A DNA stretch of 64,000 nucleotides from Aplysia californica (taxonomy: Eukaryota), in assembly GCF_000002075.1 (NCBI RefSeq), contig NW_004798248.1:47685-111684 (forward strand). The letters run 5' to 3'. Shown piece by piece: positions 63,604 through 64,000 of this stretch. The notes beneath the pieces are model-generated. The model searched no databases. It worked only from the letters and a program-made list of their open reading frames with translations, and was not told where the DNA came from. Numbering within the stretch: the first letter of the stretch is position 1; each line of letters opens with the position of its first letter. The position numbers and the translations under genes were made by a program.

Positions 63604-63766
63604 TAATTAGATGTTGGACCAATTTTATATCTTTTGTTGTTTATATCATGTGTATGTGGTTGGTGGATGTGTCGTTTTAAAACTTTTTTTCATGACAGAC
63701 AAACTTGTTTTTACGAGAGAGGAACAAATGTTCTCATGCTGTGTCCATTGTTTATTTCCAAGCAGG

Positions 63767-63946
63767 ATGGCAGAGAAAGAGCGGTCAAAGTTAATGCGCA
63801 ATGGGAGTGATGGCTTTCCTATCAAGACCGGTGTTCTCCTAAAGAATGCAATCATCAAAAGGAGAAATTTCCATACAGAAAATTACAAGTATCGACTGTT
63901 TGAGCTTACAGAGCAGATGCTAACATACTATGAAGGGGACCTCAAG
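63767..63946 (+). CDS. First coding exon of a Tec/Btk-family tyrosine kinase (N-terminal PH domain); gene continues beyond the window
   Basis: cag|G ATG: MAEKERSKLMRNGSDGFPIKTGVLLKNAIIKRRNFHTENYKYRLFELTEQMLTYYEGDLK|gtttg. Resembles the Tec/Btk PH pattern LxK...NYKxRLFxLT...LTYYEG. Confidence 0.8.
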
Positions 63947-64000
63947 GTTTGTCTGGTTCATTCTCCTGTGGCTGGATCTTTCTCTTTCCGTTGGTATCAT

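Overview
This is gapped eukaryotic (animal) genomic DNA. The (CA)n richness, TAGATC runs and repeat spectrum suggest a lophotrochozoan such as a gastropod mollusc (inference). Four spliced genes were reconstructed by hand. (1) Pirin, minus strand, 8 coding exons, about 287 aa; the end of exon 2 lies in an N-gap. (2) ADCK2 (UbiB/aarF kinase-like), plus strand, 11 coding exons, 620 aa, head-to-head with pirin. (3) Rab9, minus strand, 2 coding exons, 205 aa. (4) The first coding exon (N-terminal PH domain) of a Tec/Btk-family kinase at the right edge, which the ORF track misses. The rest is mostly transposon debris: a decayed hAT element, RNase H-bearing, RTE and Rex1/Babar LINE fragments, tRNA-headed SINEs and many MITEs. 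The most interesting observations are the apparent ancient pirin-Rab9-Tec linkage, the pirin/ADCK2 divergent pair, a set of headless short retroelements sharing a covarying 3' stem-loop, and a candidate unannotated spliced transcript at the left end. No prokaryote-type system such as CRISPR is present.
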